Shown in pieces: positions 42,205 through 49,782 of a stretch of DNA of 63,514 bases. The notes under the pieces are model-generated. The model searched no databases. It saw only the letters and a program-made list of their open reading frames with translations, and was not told where the DNA came from. Within the stretch, counting starts at the first letter, position 1, and every line of letters starts with the position of its first letter. Location: contig JAHWJU010000003.1 of NCBI GenBank assembly GCA_019348255.1, forward strand, positions 1 to 63,514, given 5' to 3'. This DNA is from Actinomycetota bacterium (lineage in GTDB: Bacteria > Actinomycetota > Acidimicrobiia > Acidimicrobiales > CADCTF01). The translations under genes were made by a program, and so were the position numbers.

Positions 42205-42744
42205 GTGATGCACGATCTCGACGAGTGGCTGGAGCAGGCCTACGCACCCGCGTTCCGCACGGCCTGCCTGATCCTGCGCAACCCTGCCGACGCCGAAGAG
42301 GCGGTGCAGGAAGCGTTCCTTCGGGCGTGGCGCTTCCGCTCCGCCATGCCCCCCGACGACGGTCTGCGTCCGTGGCTGTACCGGGTGCTGGTCAACACCT
42401 GCTGGTCGAAGCTCCGCAAGGAGCGACCCCGCCGTTTGGCCGGCGCGGAGGTCGGATGGCATGCCATGGAGGCACTGCCCGCCCGAGAACCGTCACCCGA
42501 GGCTGTGGCCACCACCGGCGACGTCGCCCGGCTGGTGGGCGAGGTGCTGGCCGAACTGCCCGAGCACCTCAGGGTCACCCTGGTGCTGCGCTACTGGTCG
42601 GGGCTCTCCGAGCGTGAGATCGCCATCGCCATCCGCCGTCGGCCTGGAACCGTGAAGTCACGGCTCCACGAGGCTCGCCGCCGGCTGGCAGCCGACCCCC
42701 GTCTGGGTGCACTGGTGGATGAAGCGGCCGAGGGAGGCGCGTGA
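42205..42744 (+). CDS. ECF-type RNA polymerase sigma factor
   Basis: Region 2: AEEAVQEAFLRAWRF and PWLYRVLVNTC. Region 4: LRYWSGLSEREIAIAIRRRPGTVKSRLHEARRRL. Confidence 0.85.
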   Translation: MMHDLDEWLEQAYAPAFRTACLILRNPADAEEAVQEAFLRAWRFRSAMPPDDGLRPWLYRVLVNTCWSKLRKERPRRLAGAEVGWHAMEALPAREPSPEAVATTGDVARLVGEVLAELPEHLRVTLVLRYWSGLSEREIAIAIRRRPGTVKSRLHEARRRLAADPRLGALVDEAAEGGA

Positions 42745-43829
42745 TGATCGACGAACGGCAACTGACGAAGGCGCTCGAACAGCTGTCGGCCAGCTATGAG
42801 CTCCCCGAGAACGGGAGGCAGGCCATTCTCGACGCAGCCGGCGAGAGCGTGGGACCGCCGCGAACGCGAGGCTGGGCCCGACCGCCACGTCTCCTATTGG
42901 TCGCGGCGGCGGTGGTGGCCGTCTTGGGCGTCGCTGCCGCCTTGCCCACCGGTGGAGGACAGGACAACGCGGCGACCCGTGCGCTGCCCGCGATGGACAC
43001 GGCAGACGAAGCCGGGGTAGCTGACGTCCAGGTTGTCGGAGGCCAGAGCCAGCTTCAGCCTCAGAACCAGGCTCAGGCCTCGGCCGGCGGGTCCCTGAAG
43101 CCCACATCGGAGGGCGCCGCCGCTTCCGCGGTCGGAGGGGGGGCGTCCCCGGAATCCGGCGCCCGGGTGGTGAAGTCGGCCGACGTGCAGGTGGAGGTGG
43201 GGAAGGGCGAGTTCGAGCCGGCGCTCGACCGGCTGAGTGCGCTGGCCGTCGGGCGAGGGGGCTTCGTGGCCCAGACCGACACATCCGAAGGTCGGTCGGC
43301 GGCGACGGGCAGAGTCACCCTCCGGGTGCCCGCGGCCGAGTTCGAGGCGGTCGTGGGCGAGGTACGGCGGCTGGGCAAGGTGCTGTCGGCTTCGAGCCGG
43401 GGCCAGGACGTGACGGCTCAGTACCAGGACATCGAGGCCCGCCTCAGGGGGCTTCGTGCCAGCCGCGATCAGATCCTGACGGTCCTGGCCAAGGCCAACA
43501 CCGTGGGTGACATCCTGGCCGTGCAGGAGCGACTGAACTCCGTCCAGGTGCAGATCGAACAGCTCCAGGGCCAACAGAAGGTGCTCGACGACCAGACGAC
43601 GTTCGGAACCGTCGCCGTGCACCTGGCCGAGCCCGGGGCCCGGCTCGATCGTGCCCCTGAGCGCGACGGGTTGGCCGGGGCCTGGGACGACGCCCGCCGT
43701 GGGTTCGTCGGCGGCCTGGAGGCCATCGTCCGCGGGTCGGGCACGGCCCTCATCCTGGTGCTGTCACTGGCGGCGGTTGCCTTCGCCACCCGTGGGGTGT
43801 GGCTGATGGTGGGCCGGCGCTGGATCTGA
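42741..43829 (+). CDS. single-pass membrane protein with an extracytoplasmic DUF4349-like domain and a C-terminal TM helix; candidate anti-sigma factor
   Basis: The GTG/ATG start overlaps the sigma stop (GTGATG). The layout is about 45 cytoplasmic aa, a TM helix (LLLVAAAVVAVLGVAAAL), then VVKSADVQVEV...GRVTLRVPAAEFEAVVGEVRRLGKV...coiled coil...TVAVHLAEP and a C-terminal TM helix. Confidence 0.7.
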   Translation: MMIDERQLTKALEQLSASYELPENGRQAILDAAGESVGPPRTRGWARPPRLLLVAAAVVAVLGVAAALPTGGGQDNAATRALPAMDTADEAGVADVQVVGGQSQLQPQNQAQASAGGSLKPTSEGAAASAVGGGASPESGARVVKSADVQVEVGKGEFEPALDRLSALAVGRGGFVAQTDTSEGRSAATGRVTLRVPAAEFEAVVGEVRRLGKVLSASSRGQDVTAQYQDIEARLRGLRASRDQILTVLAKANTVGDILAVQERLNSVQVQIEQLQGQQKVLDDQTTFGTVAVHLAEPGARLDRAPERDGLAGAWDDARRGFVGGLEAIVRGSGTALILVLSLAAVAFATRGVWLMVGRRWI

Positions 43830-43946
43830 GGGGAGTGGGCTCTGGATCTGACGCGGGGCTCTGGGCCTGCGGCGACCGCTCCACCGAGGCGGTAGCTCCG
43901 GCAAATCCCGAAGTAGGCGTGCCGCCCCCGGCTACTGTCCGCCGCC

Positions 43947-44945
43947 GTGGCAGCCGTCGACGCGGTGATCGCCGTAGAGGACCTGCGCAAGGTGTTCTCG
44001 GTGCCGGTCCGCGACGCCGGCCTCAAGGCTGCCGCCCGCAGCCTCGTGCGGCGCAGGACCCGCGAGGTCGCAGCCGTGGACGGCATCTCCTTCACCATCG
44101 ACCCCGGTGAGGTGGTCGGCTTCCTCGGCCCCAACGGCGCCGGCAAGACGACCACACTGAAGATGCTGAGCGGGCTGCTGCACCCGACGAGCGGCCAGGT
44201 GCACGTGCTCGGTCACCGTCCCCAGCGTCGGGAGCGGGCGTTGCTCCGCCAGCTCACCTTGGTGATGGGCAACCGCAACCAGCTCCAGTGGGACCTGCCC
44301 GCCCTCGACTCCTTCGAGCTCAATCGGGCGATCTACCGGATTCCGCCCCGCGAGTTCACCCAGATGCGCGACGAGCTCATCGACCTGCTCGATCTGGGAC
44401 CGCTCGTCCACAAGCCGGTGCGCAACCTGTCCCTGGGCGAGCGGATGAAGGTGGAGATCGCGGCGGCCCTGCTGCACCGCCCCGTCGTCCTCTTCCTCGA
44501 CGAGCCCACCATCGGCCTCGACGTCACGATGCAGCGCCGGGTGCGGTCGTTCGTGGCCGAGTACAACCGGCGCCACGGGGCCTCGGTGCTGTTGACCAGC
44601 CACTACATGGCCGACGTGCGGGCGCTGTGCCGCAGGGTGATCGTGATCCACCACGGGCGGGTCCTGTTCGACGGCGACCTCGCCGCCCTCGGTGCCCGGT
44701 TCTCCACCGACAAGACCATCGTGGTGCGTCTCCCCGACCTCGACGCCGCCATGATCGCCCGCCTCGGTGCCTACGCCACGGTGCTGGGCACCGAGGCCGA
44801 CTCCGTCACCCTGCGGGTGCCCAGGGCCGATGCCCCCGGCGTGACCGCTCGGCTGCTGTCGGAGCTCGCCGTGGCCGACCTGACCGTCGAGGACCCACCG
44901 ATCGACGATGTCATCGAAGACGTCTTCGCCGTGGAGCCGCCGTGA
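43947..44945 (+). CDS. ABC transporter ATP-binding protein (ABC-2 type)
   Basis: Walker A GPNGAGKTT, signature LSLGERMK and Walker B VLFLDEPT. GTG start at 43947. Confidence 0.9.
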   Translation: MAAVDAVIAVEDLRKVFSVPVRDAGLKAAARSLVRRRTREVAAVDGISFTIDPGEVVGFLGPNGAGKTTTLKMLSGLLHPTSGQVHVLGHRPQRRERALLRQLTLVMGNRNQLQWDLPALDSFELNRAIYRIPPREFTQMRDELIDLLDLGPLVHKPVRNLSLGERMKVEIAAALLHRPVVLFLDEPTIGLDVTMQRRVRSFVAEYNRRHGASVLLTSHYMADVRALCRRVIVIHHGRVLFDGDLAALGARFSTDKTIVVRLPDLDAAMIARLGAYATVLGTEADSVTLRVPRADAPGVTARLLSELAVADLTVEDPPIDDVIEDVFAVEPP

Positions 44946-45796
44946 CCGGCCCGGTGGTGCCCGTGGCGGCGCCGCTGCCCGAGGAGGGCAGGGTGCGGGC
45001 CATGGCGCGGCTGTACGCCACCCTCATGCGCACCGCGGTGGTCGAGCAGTTCCAGTACCGCGCCTCGAACTACTTCTACATGATCGGGATGGTGGCCGAA
45101 CCGGTCGTGTACCTCGTCGTCTGGTCCACGATCGCCCGCAGTACCGGTGGCTCCGTCGAGGGCTACACGCCGGGGCGGTTCGCGGCGTACTACATCGTGT
45201 GGACGCTGGTCCGGAACATGAACATCGTGTTCACCCCCTACGGCTGGGAGGAGCGGGTCCGCCAAGGGCAGCTGGCCGGCCAGCTGCTCCAGCCGATGCA
45301 CCCGATCCACCACGACCTCGCCTCCTTCGCCGGCTGGAAGGTGGTGGTCATCATTCTCTGGCTGCCCATCGCCGGGGTGCTCACCATCGCCTTCAGGCCG
45401 GAGCTGAACCCGACCTTGCTCCAGGGCGTGGTCTTCTTCGTCGCCATCTGGGGTGCCTATCTGATCCGCTCACTGCTGTTGTGGGTCCTGGGCATGGTCA
45501 CCTTCTGGACCACCCGGGTCAGCGCGCTCTACGAGGCGTACTTCGTGGCCGAGCTGCTCCTGTCGGGCCGGCTCGTCCCCCTGGCCCTGATGCCGGGGTG
45601 GGCCCAGTCCGTCGCCGGGCTGTTGCCCTTCAAGTGGACCTTCGGCTTCCCCATCACCGCGCTGGTCGGTCCCATCGACCGCCGAGAGCTCCTGGTCGGG
45701 CTGGGCGCACAGCTGCTCTGGATCATCATCGGCGCCCTGCTCGTCAAGGCGGTGTGGCGCATCGGGGTGCGCCGCTTCACGGCGGTGGGTGGATGA
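44942..45796 (+). CDS. ABC-2 family transporter permease
   Basis: ORF 44288..45796 trimmed to GTG 44942, which overlaps the ATPase stop as GTGA. Six hydrophobic helices. Confidence 0.8.
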   Translation: MTGPVVPVAAPLPEEGRVRAMARLYATLMRTAVVEQFQYRASNYFYMIGMVAEPVVYLVVWSTIARSTGGSVEGYTPGRFAAYYIVWTLVRNMNIVFTPYGWEERVRQGQLAGQLLQPMHPIHHDLASFAGWKVVVIILWLPIAGVLTIAFRPELNPTLLQGVVFFVAIWGAYLIRSLLLWVLGMVTFWTTRVSALYEAYFVAELLLSGRLVPLALMPGWAQSVAGLLPFKWTFGFPITALVGPIDRRELLVGLGAQLLWIIIGALLVKAVWRIGVRRFTAVGG

Positions 45797-46602
45797 GGGC
45801 CGATCGCACGTCGGCCCCCGACGCCGCCCGCCTGACGGTGCTCTTCCTCCGGATCGGGGCCCTCAACGAGCTCCAGTACCGGGCCAACTTCTTCATCCAG
45901 CTGATGCAATCCCTTCTCGCTCTTGCCACCGGGCTGGTGGTACTGGCCCTGGTCTTCGACCGTACGGATGAACTGGGCGGATGGTCCCGCCCCCAGCTCC
46001 TCGCCGTCCTCGGCGTGTTCACCCTCATGGGCGGGATCATCCGCTCGGTGATCCAACCGAACATGCAGCGCCTGCTGGAGGAGATCCGCCTCGGCACCCT
46101 CGACTACCTCCTCCTTAAGCCGGAGGACGGCCAGGTTCTGGCCAGCATCCGGGAGGTCCGGATCTGGCAGGCCGTGGACATCCTCGTCGGCGGTGTGGTG
46201 GTGGCGGCGGCGGTGGTGCAGCTCGAGGGAAGGGTCGGGTGGCTCGAGGCGGCTTCGTTCCTCGGGCTGCTGGCGCTGGGCGCCACCACGATCTACTGCT
46301 TCTGGCTGATGTTGGCGGCCGCCGGCTTCTGGCTCGTGCGCATGGACGAGGTGCAGGAGCTGTTCACCGGCATCTACCGGGCCGGCGCCTATCCCGTGGG
46401 GATCTACCCGGGGTGGCTCCGTGCCGTTCTCACCTTCCTGGTGCCTCTGGCCTTCGCGGTGACCGTTCCGGCCGAAGCGGTGACGGGGAGGCTGGAGCAG
46501 GGCAACGCCGCGCTGGCCTTGGGCATGACCGCGGCGCTGGTGCTGGTCAGCCGCCGGGTGTTCCGGATGGGGCTGCGTCGCTACTCGGGCGCCTCAGCCT
46601 GA
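45793..46602 (+). CDS. ABC-2 family transporter permease (second subunit)
   Basis: ORF 44908..46602 trimmed to ATG 45793 (ATGA overlap). Contains LNELQYRANFFIQL. Six hydrophobic helices. Confidence 0.8.
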   Translation: MRADRTSAPDAARLTVLFLRIGALNELQYRANFFIQLMQSLLALATGLVVLALVFDRTDELGGWSRPQLLAVLGVFTLMGGIIRSVIQPNMQRLLEEIRLGTLDYLLLKPEDGQVLASIREVRIWQAVDILVGGVVVAAAVVQLEGRVGWLEAASFLGLLALGATTIYCFWLMLAAAGFWLVRMDEVQELFTGIYRAGAYPVGIYPGWLRAVLTFLVPLAFAVTVPAEAVTGRLEQGNAALALGMTAALVLVSRRVFRMGLRRYSGASA

Positions 46603-46604
46603 CG

Positions 46605-46637
46605 GCTCACCTGCGCGCGAGGGTGCGCCGCGTGAGC
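46605..46637. terminator. hairpin between convergent genes (candidate bidirectional terminator)
   Basis: GCTCAC (46605-10) pairs with GTGAGC (46632-37), with a few inner GC pairs. It fills the 35-nt convergent spacer. Confidence 0.3.
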
Positions 46638-47069
46638 TCAGCGGACCAGGACGACGACGAACGAGCCCAGCATCAAGGCTGCAGGCACGACCAGCGCCAC
46701 CCCCCCGCTCAACAGGGCTGGTCCCACCCAATCATCAAGGGTGAGGGAGTGCCCCGCGCGCCGCACCCGCACTATCCCGACCACCGTCAGCGCCACACCC
46801 ATGACGCCGAGCACGACTTCGATCACGACCACCACCAGACCCAGGAGCAGCATCTGGCCCAACAAACCGGGGAAGTCCCTGACGAGGCACTCCAACACCT
46901 CTTCCATGCCGCACGGCCTCGTCGCCCGCGAAGGAAGGACGCGCCCCGCCAATGCGATCGGCAGCTCCCGGCCGAGGCTGCCGGCTACCACGCCGATGAC
47001 CACCGCGGCGGCCACCACGGGACGCCGGTCTACGGGCGCCCGCAACCAGGAGGTGGTAGACGAGGCCAT
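46638..47069 (-). CDS. hypothetical membrane protein (3 TM-like segments)
   Basis: High GC3 on the minus frame, checked codon by codon. ORF 46638..47141 trimmed to ATG 47069 (MASSTTSW). The start is uncertain (ATG 47141 is also possible). Confidence 0.55.
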   Translation of the reverse strand: MASSTTSWLRAPVDRRPVVAAAVVIGVVAGSLGRELPIALAGRVLPSRATRPCGMEEVLECLVRDFPGLLGQMLLLGLVVVVIEVVLGVMGVALTVVGIVRVRRAGHSLTLDDWVGPALLSGGVALVVPAALMLGSFVVVLVR

Positions 47070-47688
47070 GACCACACCGTTGCAGACCCCTGGGCGTCGG
47101 GGCGCCACGCCCGATCCGCTCACATCTGCCGTGCAGCGCATCGAGGACTCGGCAGTGCTCGATGCTCCTGCGAGAGCGCTGGGCGCCGTCGCCGATCAGG
47201 TGCTGGCGTCGGACCGGGCGCGGTCGGTGCTGCGGGGGGAGCCGCTGGGCCACGCCCTGCACCCACTCCTGACCGACTTCCCGCTCGGAGCATGGATGAG
47301 CACGTCGCTGCTGGACCTCTTCGGCGGGAAGCGGTCCAGGCCGGCGGCCACCGGGCTTCTCGCCTTCGGCATCGCCGCCGCAGTTCCCACCGCGCTGGCC
47401 GGCCTGGCCGAGTGGCGGGACACGACCGGGCGGGCCCGTCGGGTGGGCGTCGTGCACGCCGCGGTCAACAGCACCGCCCTGGTCCTGTACTCGAGCTCCC
47501 TTGTCGCCCGCCTGCGCGGGCGTCACCGTGGCGCGATGGGCCTCGGCCTCGCGGGCGGCACCGTCGCCTTCGTCGGCGGCTACCTCGGTGGCCACATGAG
47601 CCTGGTGCTCAAGGTGGGAACGGCCGACCCGGTGCTGGTCGACGGACCGGAGCTGCCGGACGAGGGACCCTTTGCTCCTCAGTCCTAG
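47068..47688 (+). CDS. DUF2231-like membrane protein
   Basis: ORF 46741..47688 trimmed to ATG 47068 with AGGAGGTGG 12 nt upstream. Contains GHALHPLLTDFPLGAW followed by 3-4 TM helices. Confidence 0.7.
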   Translation: MTTPLQTPGRRGATPDPLTSAVQRIEDSAVLDAPARALGAVADQVLASDRARSVLRGEPLGHALHPLLTDFPLGAWMSTSLLDLFGGKRSRPAATGLLAFGIAAAVPTALAGLAEWRDTTGRARRVGVVHAAVNSTALVLYSSSLVARLRGRHRGAMGLGLAGGTVAFVGGYLGGHMSLVLKVGTADPVLVDGPELPDEGPFAPQS

Positions 47689-47722
47689 CCCGGAAGGGGC
47701 GTGAACGGCGCCGCTGGCGCAG

Positions 47723-47902
47723 TCAGCCCCTGCTCTCCGGGTCGAGGATCTGGGCGTCGCGGTCGTTGGTGGGCTGAACCGGGTCGCCGCCGGACTTCTC
47801 CGTCGGGGACTCCTTCACGTCTTGCAGCTTGTCCTCGAGCTCCTGCGGGCGATCTTGCACCGCTTCGACGTGGCGGTCATCTTGCACGGCGTCATCTGGC
47901 AT
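47723..47902 (-). CDS. possible 59-aa acidic protein (not in ORF track, below its length cut-off)
   Basis: Minus-strand translation: MPDDAVQDDRHVEAVQDRPQELEDKLQDVKESPTEKSGGDPVQPTNDRDAQILDPESRG. GC3 is mostly G/C. The SD is weak. It fills an otherwise empty 272-nt gap. Confidence 0.3.
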   Translation of the reverse strand: MPDDAVQDDRHVEAVQDRPQELEDKLQDVKESPTEKSGGDPVQPTNDRDAQILDPESRG

Positions 47903-47960
47903 GGTGCTGCCCTACCCCTGCCCGGCGCCATCGGAAACAGCCGCCGCCGACGTCGGCCAG

Positions 47961-49340
47961 TCAGCCGGAGCCGAAGTGTCCGGCGGCGCCGAGGTTGACG
48001 ACCGTTCCGTCGGCGCTGACGATCCAGTAGCCGTCGCCGCGGGCGGTGCGGGTCATGCCCACCACGGGCGTGGGGAGGCGCCGGTCGGCGGCCGAGCCGA
48101 GGAAGCCGGCGTTGCCGAAGTTGAAGATCCCGCCGTCCGAGGCGACCAGCCAGTACCCACCGCCGTCGGACGTCGGGCTCATGCCGACGACGGGCTGGTT
48201 GAGCCGGATGTCACCCGTGCTGCCGTGGAAAGCGGCGGTGCCGAAACCGAACATCCCGCCGTCCGCGGCCACGAGCCAGTAGCCGCCCCCGTCGGGAGTG
48301 GGAGCCATGCCCACCACCGGCGAGTTGAGCCGCATGCTGCCGGTGCTTCCGTGGAACCGGGCGGTGCCGAAGCTGAAGATGCCGCCGTCGCCGGCCACGA
48401 GCCAGTAGCCGCCCCCGTCGGGAGTGGGAGCCATGCCCACCACCGGAGAGTTGAGCCGCATGCTGCCGGTGCTGCCGTGGAAGGCGGCGGTGCCGAAGTT
48501 GAAGATGCCGCCGTCGCCCCCGAGTAGCCAGTACCCGCTGCGGTCCGGAGTCGAGGCCGCCCCCACGACCACCCAGTTGAGCGGGATCGTCTCGGCCGAG
48601 CCGAAGCTGCGGGCACTGCCGCGGGGCCGGACGCCGCCGAGGCCGGTGACGGTGGCGTAACCGGCCTCGTCGGCCGCGGCGAGAAGGCCCACCACGTCGG
48701 CTCGGACCGGGTCCCCGCCCATCGTCCCCCCGTCGCCCACCCACTCCCAGTGCCACGGCTCCGGGCAGGCGCTTCCGCCCGGCTCCGCCCATCCCGGGTG
48801 GTTCCACCCGAGGCGGCCGGCATTCGCCTTCAAGAAGCGGTAGCCGGGCGAGGTGAAGGTCATCGGCGAGCCCTCGGAGAAGTCCACGGCCTTGCCCCAC
48901 CCGTGCATCGAGGTCCCCTTCGGCCGGCCGTCGGGGTGGTACTGCGGCGTCGCCGCGCAGGCGCTGTTCCCCCGCTCGCTCCAAGCCGAGGCAACCGCCA
49001 CCTGGCCACTGATGGGCCGGTAGCAGTCGCGGCCGCCGAGGCGCACCCGGGCTCCCGACGCCGACCGGAAGAGCAGGGCCAGGCTGGGCCCCGCCTCCCT
49101 GGCCACACGGCACCCCGGCGCCACCGAGATGAGCCGCTCTGAGGGGACGTAGCCGTTCTCGACGCCGGCCAGCGGCGTCGGGCGGTTGTCGGGCTGTACC
49201 GCCGGCTCGCCGGCCGAGGCCGGCGCCGGCGGCGCTGCCAGCACGACGAGGGTGGCCAGGACGACCGAGACCGACAGCTTGTGGACGCGGGGGGATCGCA
49301 CACCGCGATTGAACCACCGTCCTGGCGGAGCTACCGGCAT
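47961..49340 (-). CDS. secreted VanY-type (LAS/M15B) D-Ala-D-Ala carboxypeptidase domain fused to about six ~42-aa propeller-like repeats
   Basis: Signal peptide LSVSVVLATLVVLAAPPAPASA. Zn motifs SMHGWGKAVD and EPWHWEW. These are followed by repeats of the form GYWLVAxDGGIFxFGTAxFHGSTGxxRLNxPVVGMAPTPDGG. Confidence 0.85.
   Translation of the reverse strand: MPVAPPGRWFNRGVRSPRVHKLSVSVVLATLVVLAAPPAPASAGEPAVQPDNRPTPLAGVENGYVPSERLISVAPGCRVAREAGPSLALLFRSASGARVRLGGRDCYRPISGQVAVASAWSERGNSACAATPQYHPDGRPKGTSMHGWGKAVDFSEGSPMTFTSPGYRFLKANAGRLGWNHPGWAEPGGSACPEPWHWEWVGDGGTMGGDPVRADVVGLLAAADEAGYATVTGLGGVRPRGSARSFGSAETIPLNWVVVGAASTPDRSGYWLLGGDGGIFNFGTAAFHGSTGSMRLNSPVVGMAPTPDGGGYWLVAGDGGIFSFGTARFHGSTGSMRLNSPVVGMAPTPDGGGYWLVAADGGMFGFGTAAFHGSTGDIRLNQPVVGMSPTSDGGGYWLVASDGGIFNFGNAGFLGSAADRRLPTPVVGMTRTARGDGYWIVSADGTVVNLGAAGHFGSG
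48175..48552 (-). repeat. three tandem 126-bp coding repeats; the two at 48301-48426 and 48427-48552 are near-identical over about 100 nt
   Basis: The period is read from the recurrence of ggagccatgcccaccaccgg at 48301 and 48427. A stretch of about 50 nt (gccacgagccagtagccgcccccgtcgggagtgggagccatgcccaccaccgg) occurs twice. Confidence 0.8.
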
Positions 49341-49397
49341 CCACGGCTGGGGCTATGGACGGCGCGCGGCAGCTCGGCCACCGGCTAGAAAGCGCCC

Positions 49398-49610
49398 ATG
49401 AGCGATTACCCCACCAAAGGCAACGAAGATGCGGCCGCGGCCCAGTCCGGCTCGGCCGGAGCGGAGACCGAGACGGGTGTCCCGCCCGAAGAGCTGGGCG
49501 GCGCCGCCCCCCAAGGCACCAACGCCCCCGACTCCCCGGTGCGGGGCGAGCCCGGCAGCCAGGCAGAGGCCGGCTCCGTGATGGACGACTCGACCCCGGT
49601 CGAGGAGTAA
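49398..49610 (+). CDS. possible 70-aa acidic, low-complexity protein
   Basis: ORF-track entry. GC3 is high and the stop is TAA. No clear SD and no motif. Confidence 0.35.
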   Translation: MSDYPTKGNEDAAAAQSGSAGAETETGVPPEELGGAAPQGTNAPDSPVRGEPGSQAEAGSVMDDSTPVEE

Positions 49611-49739
49611 CAACCGCCTTTCGAACAGACGGCTCGGCGGGAGCCGGCCGGCGCTGCGGCACGGCCACGGTTCGACGCGTGCCGCCGGCGCTCCGTGCGC
49701 CTCATGCCGGCACCGCCCCGCCCGACGTCCTAGGGTCAA

Positions 49740-49765
49740 CCCGGTCGTCCTGTCGGACGACCGGG
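49740..49765 (+). promoter_or_regulatory. perfect 11-bp hairpin in the 5' region of the SOD gene
   Basis: CCCGGTCGTCC (49740-50), loop TGTC, then GGACGACCGGG (49755-65). It ends 8 nt before the GGGGGAG SD and 17 nt before the GTG at 49783. Confidence 0.4.
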
Positions 49766-49782
49766 AACCGGTAGGGGGAGAT

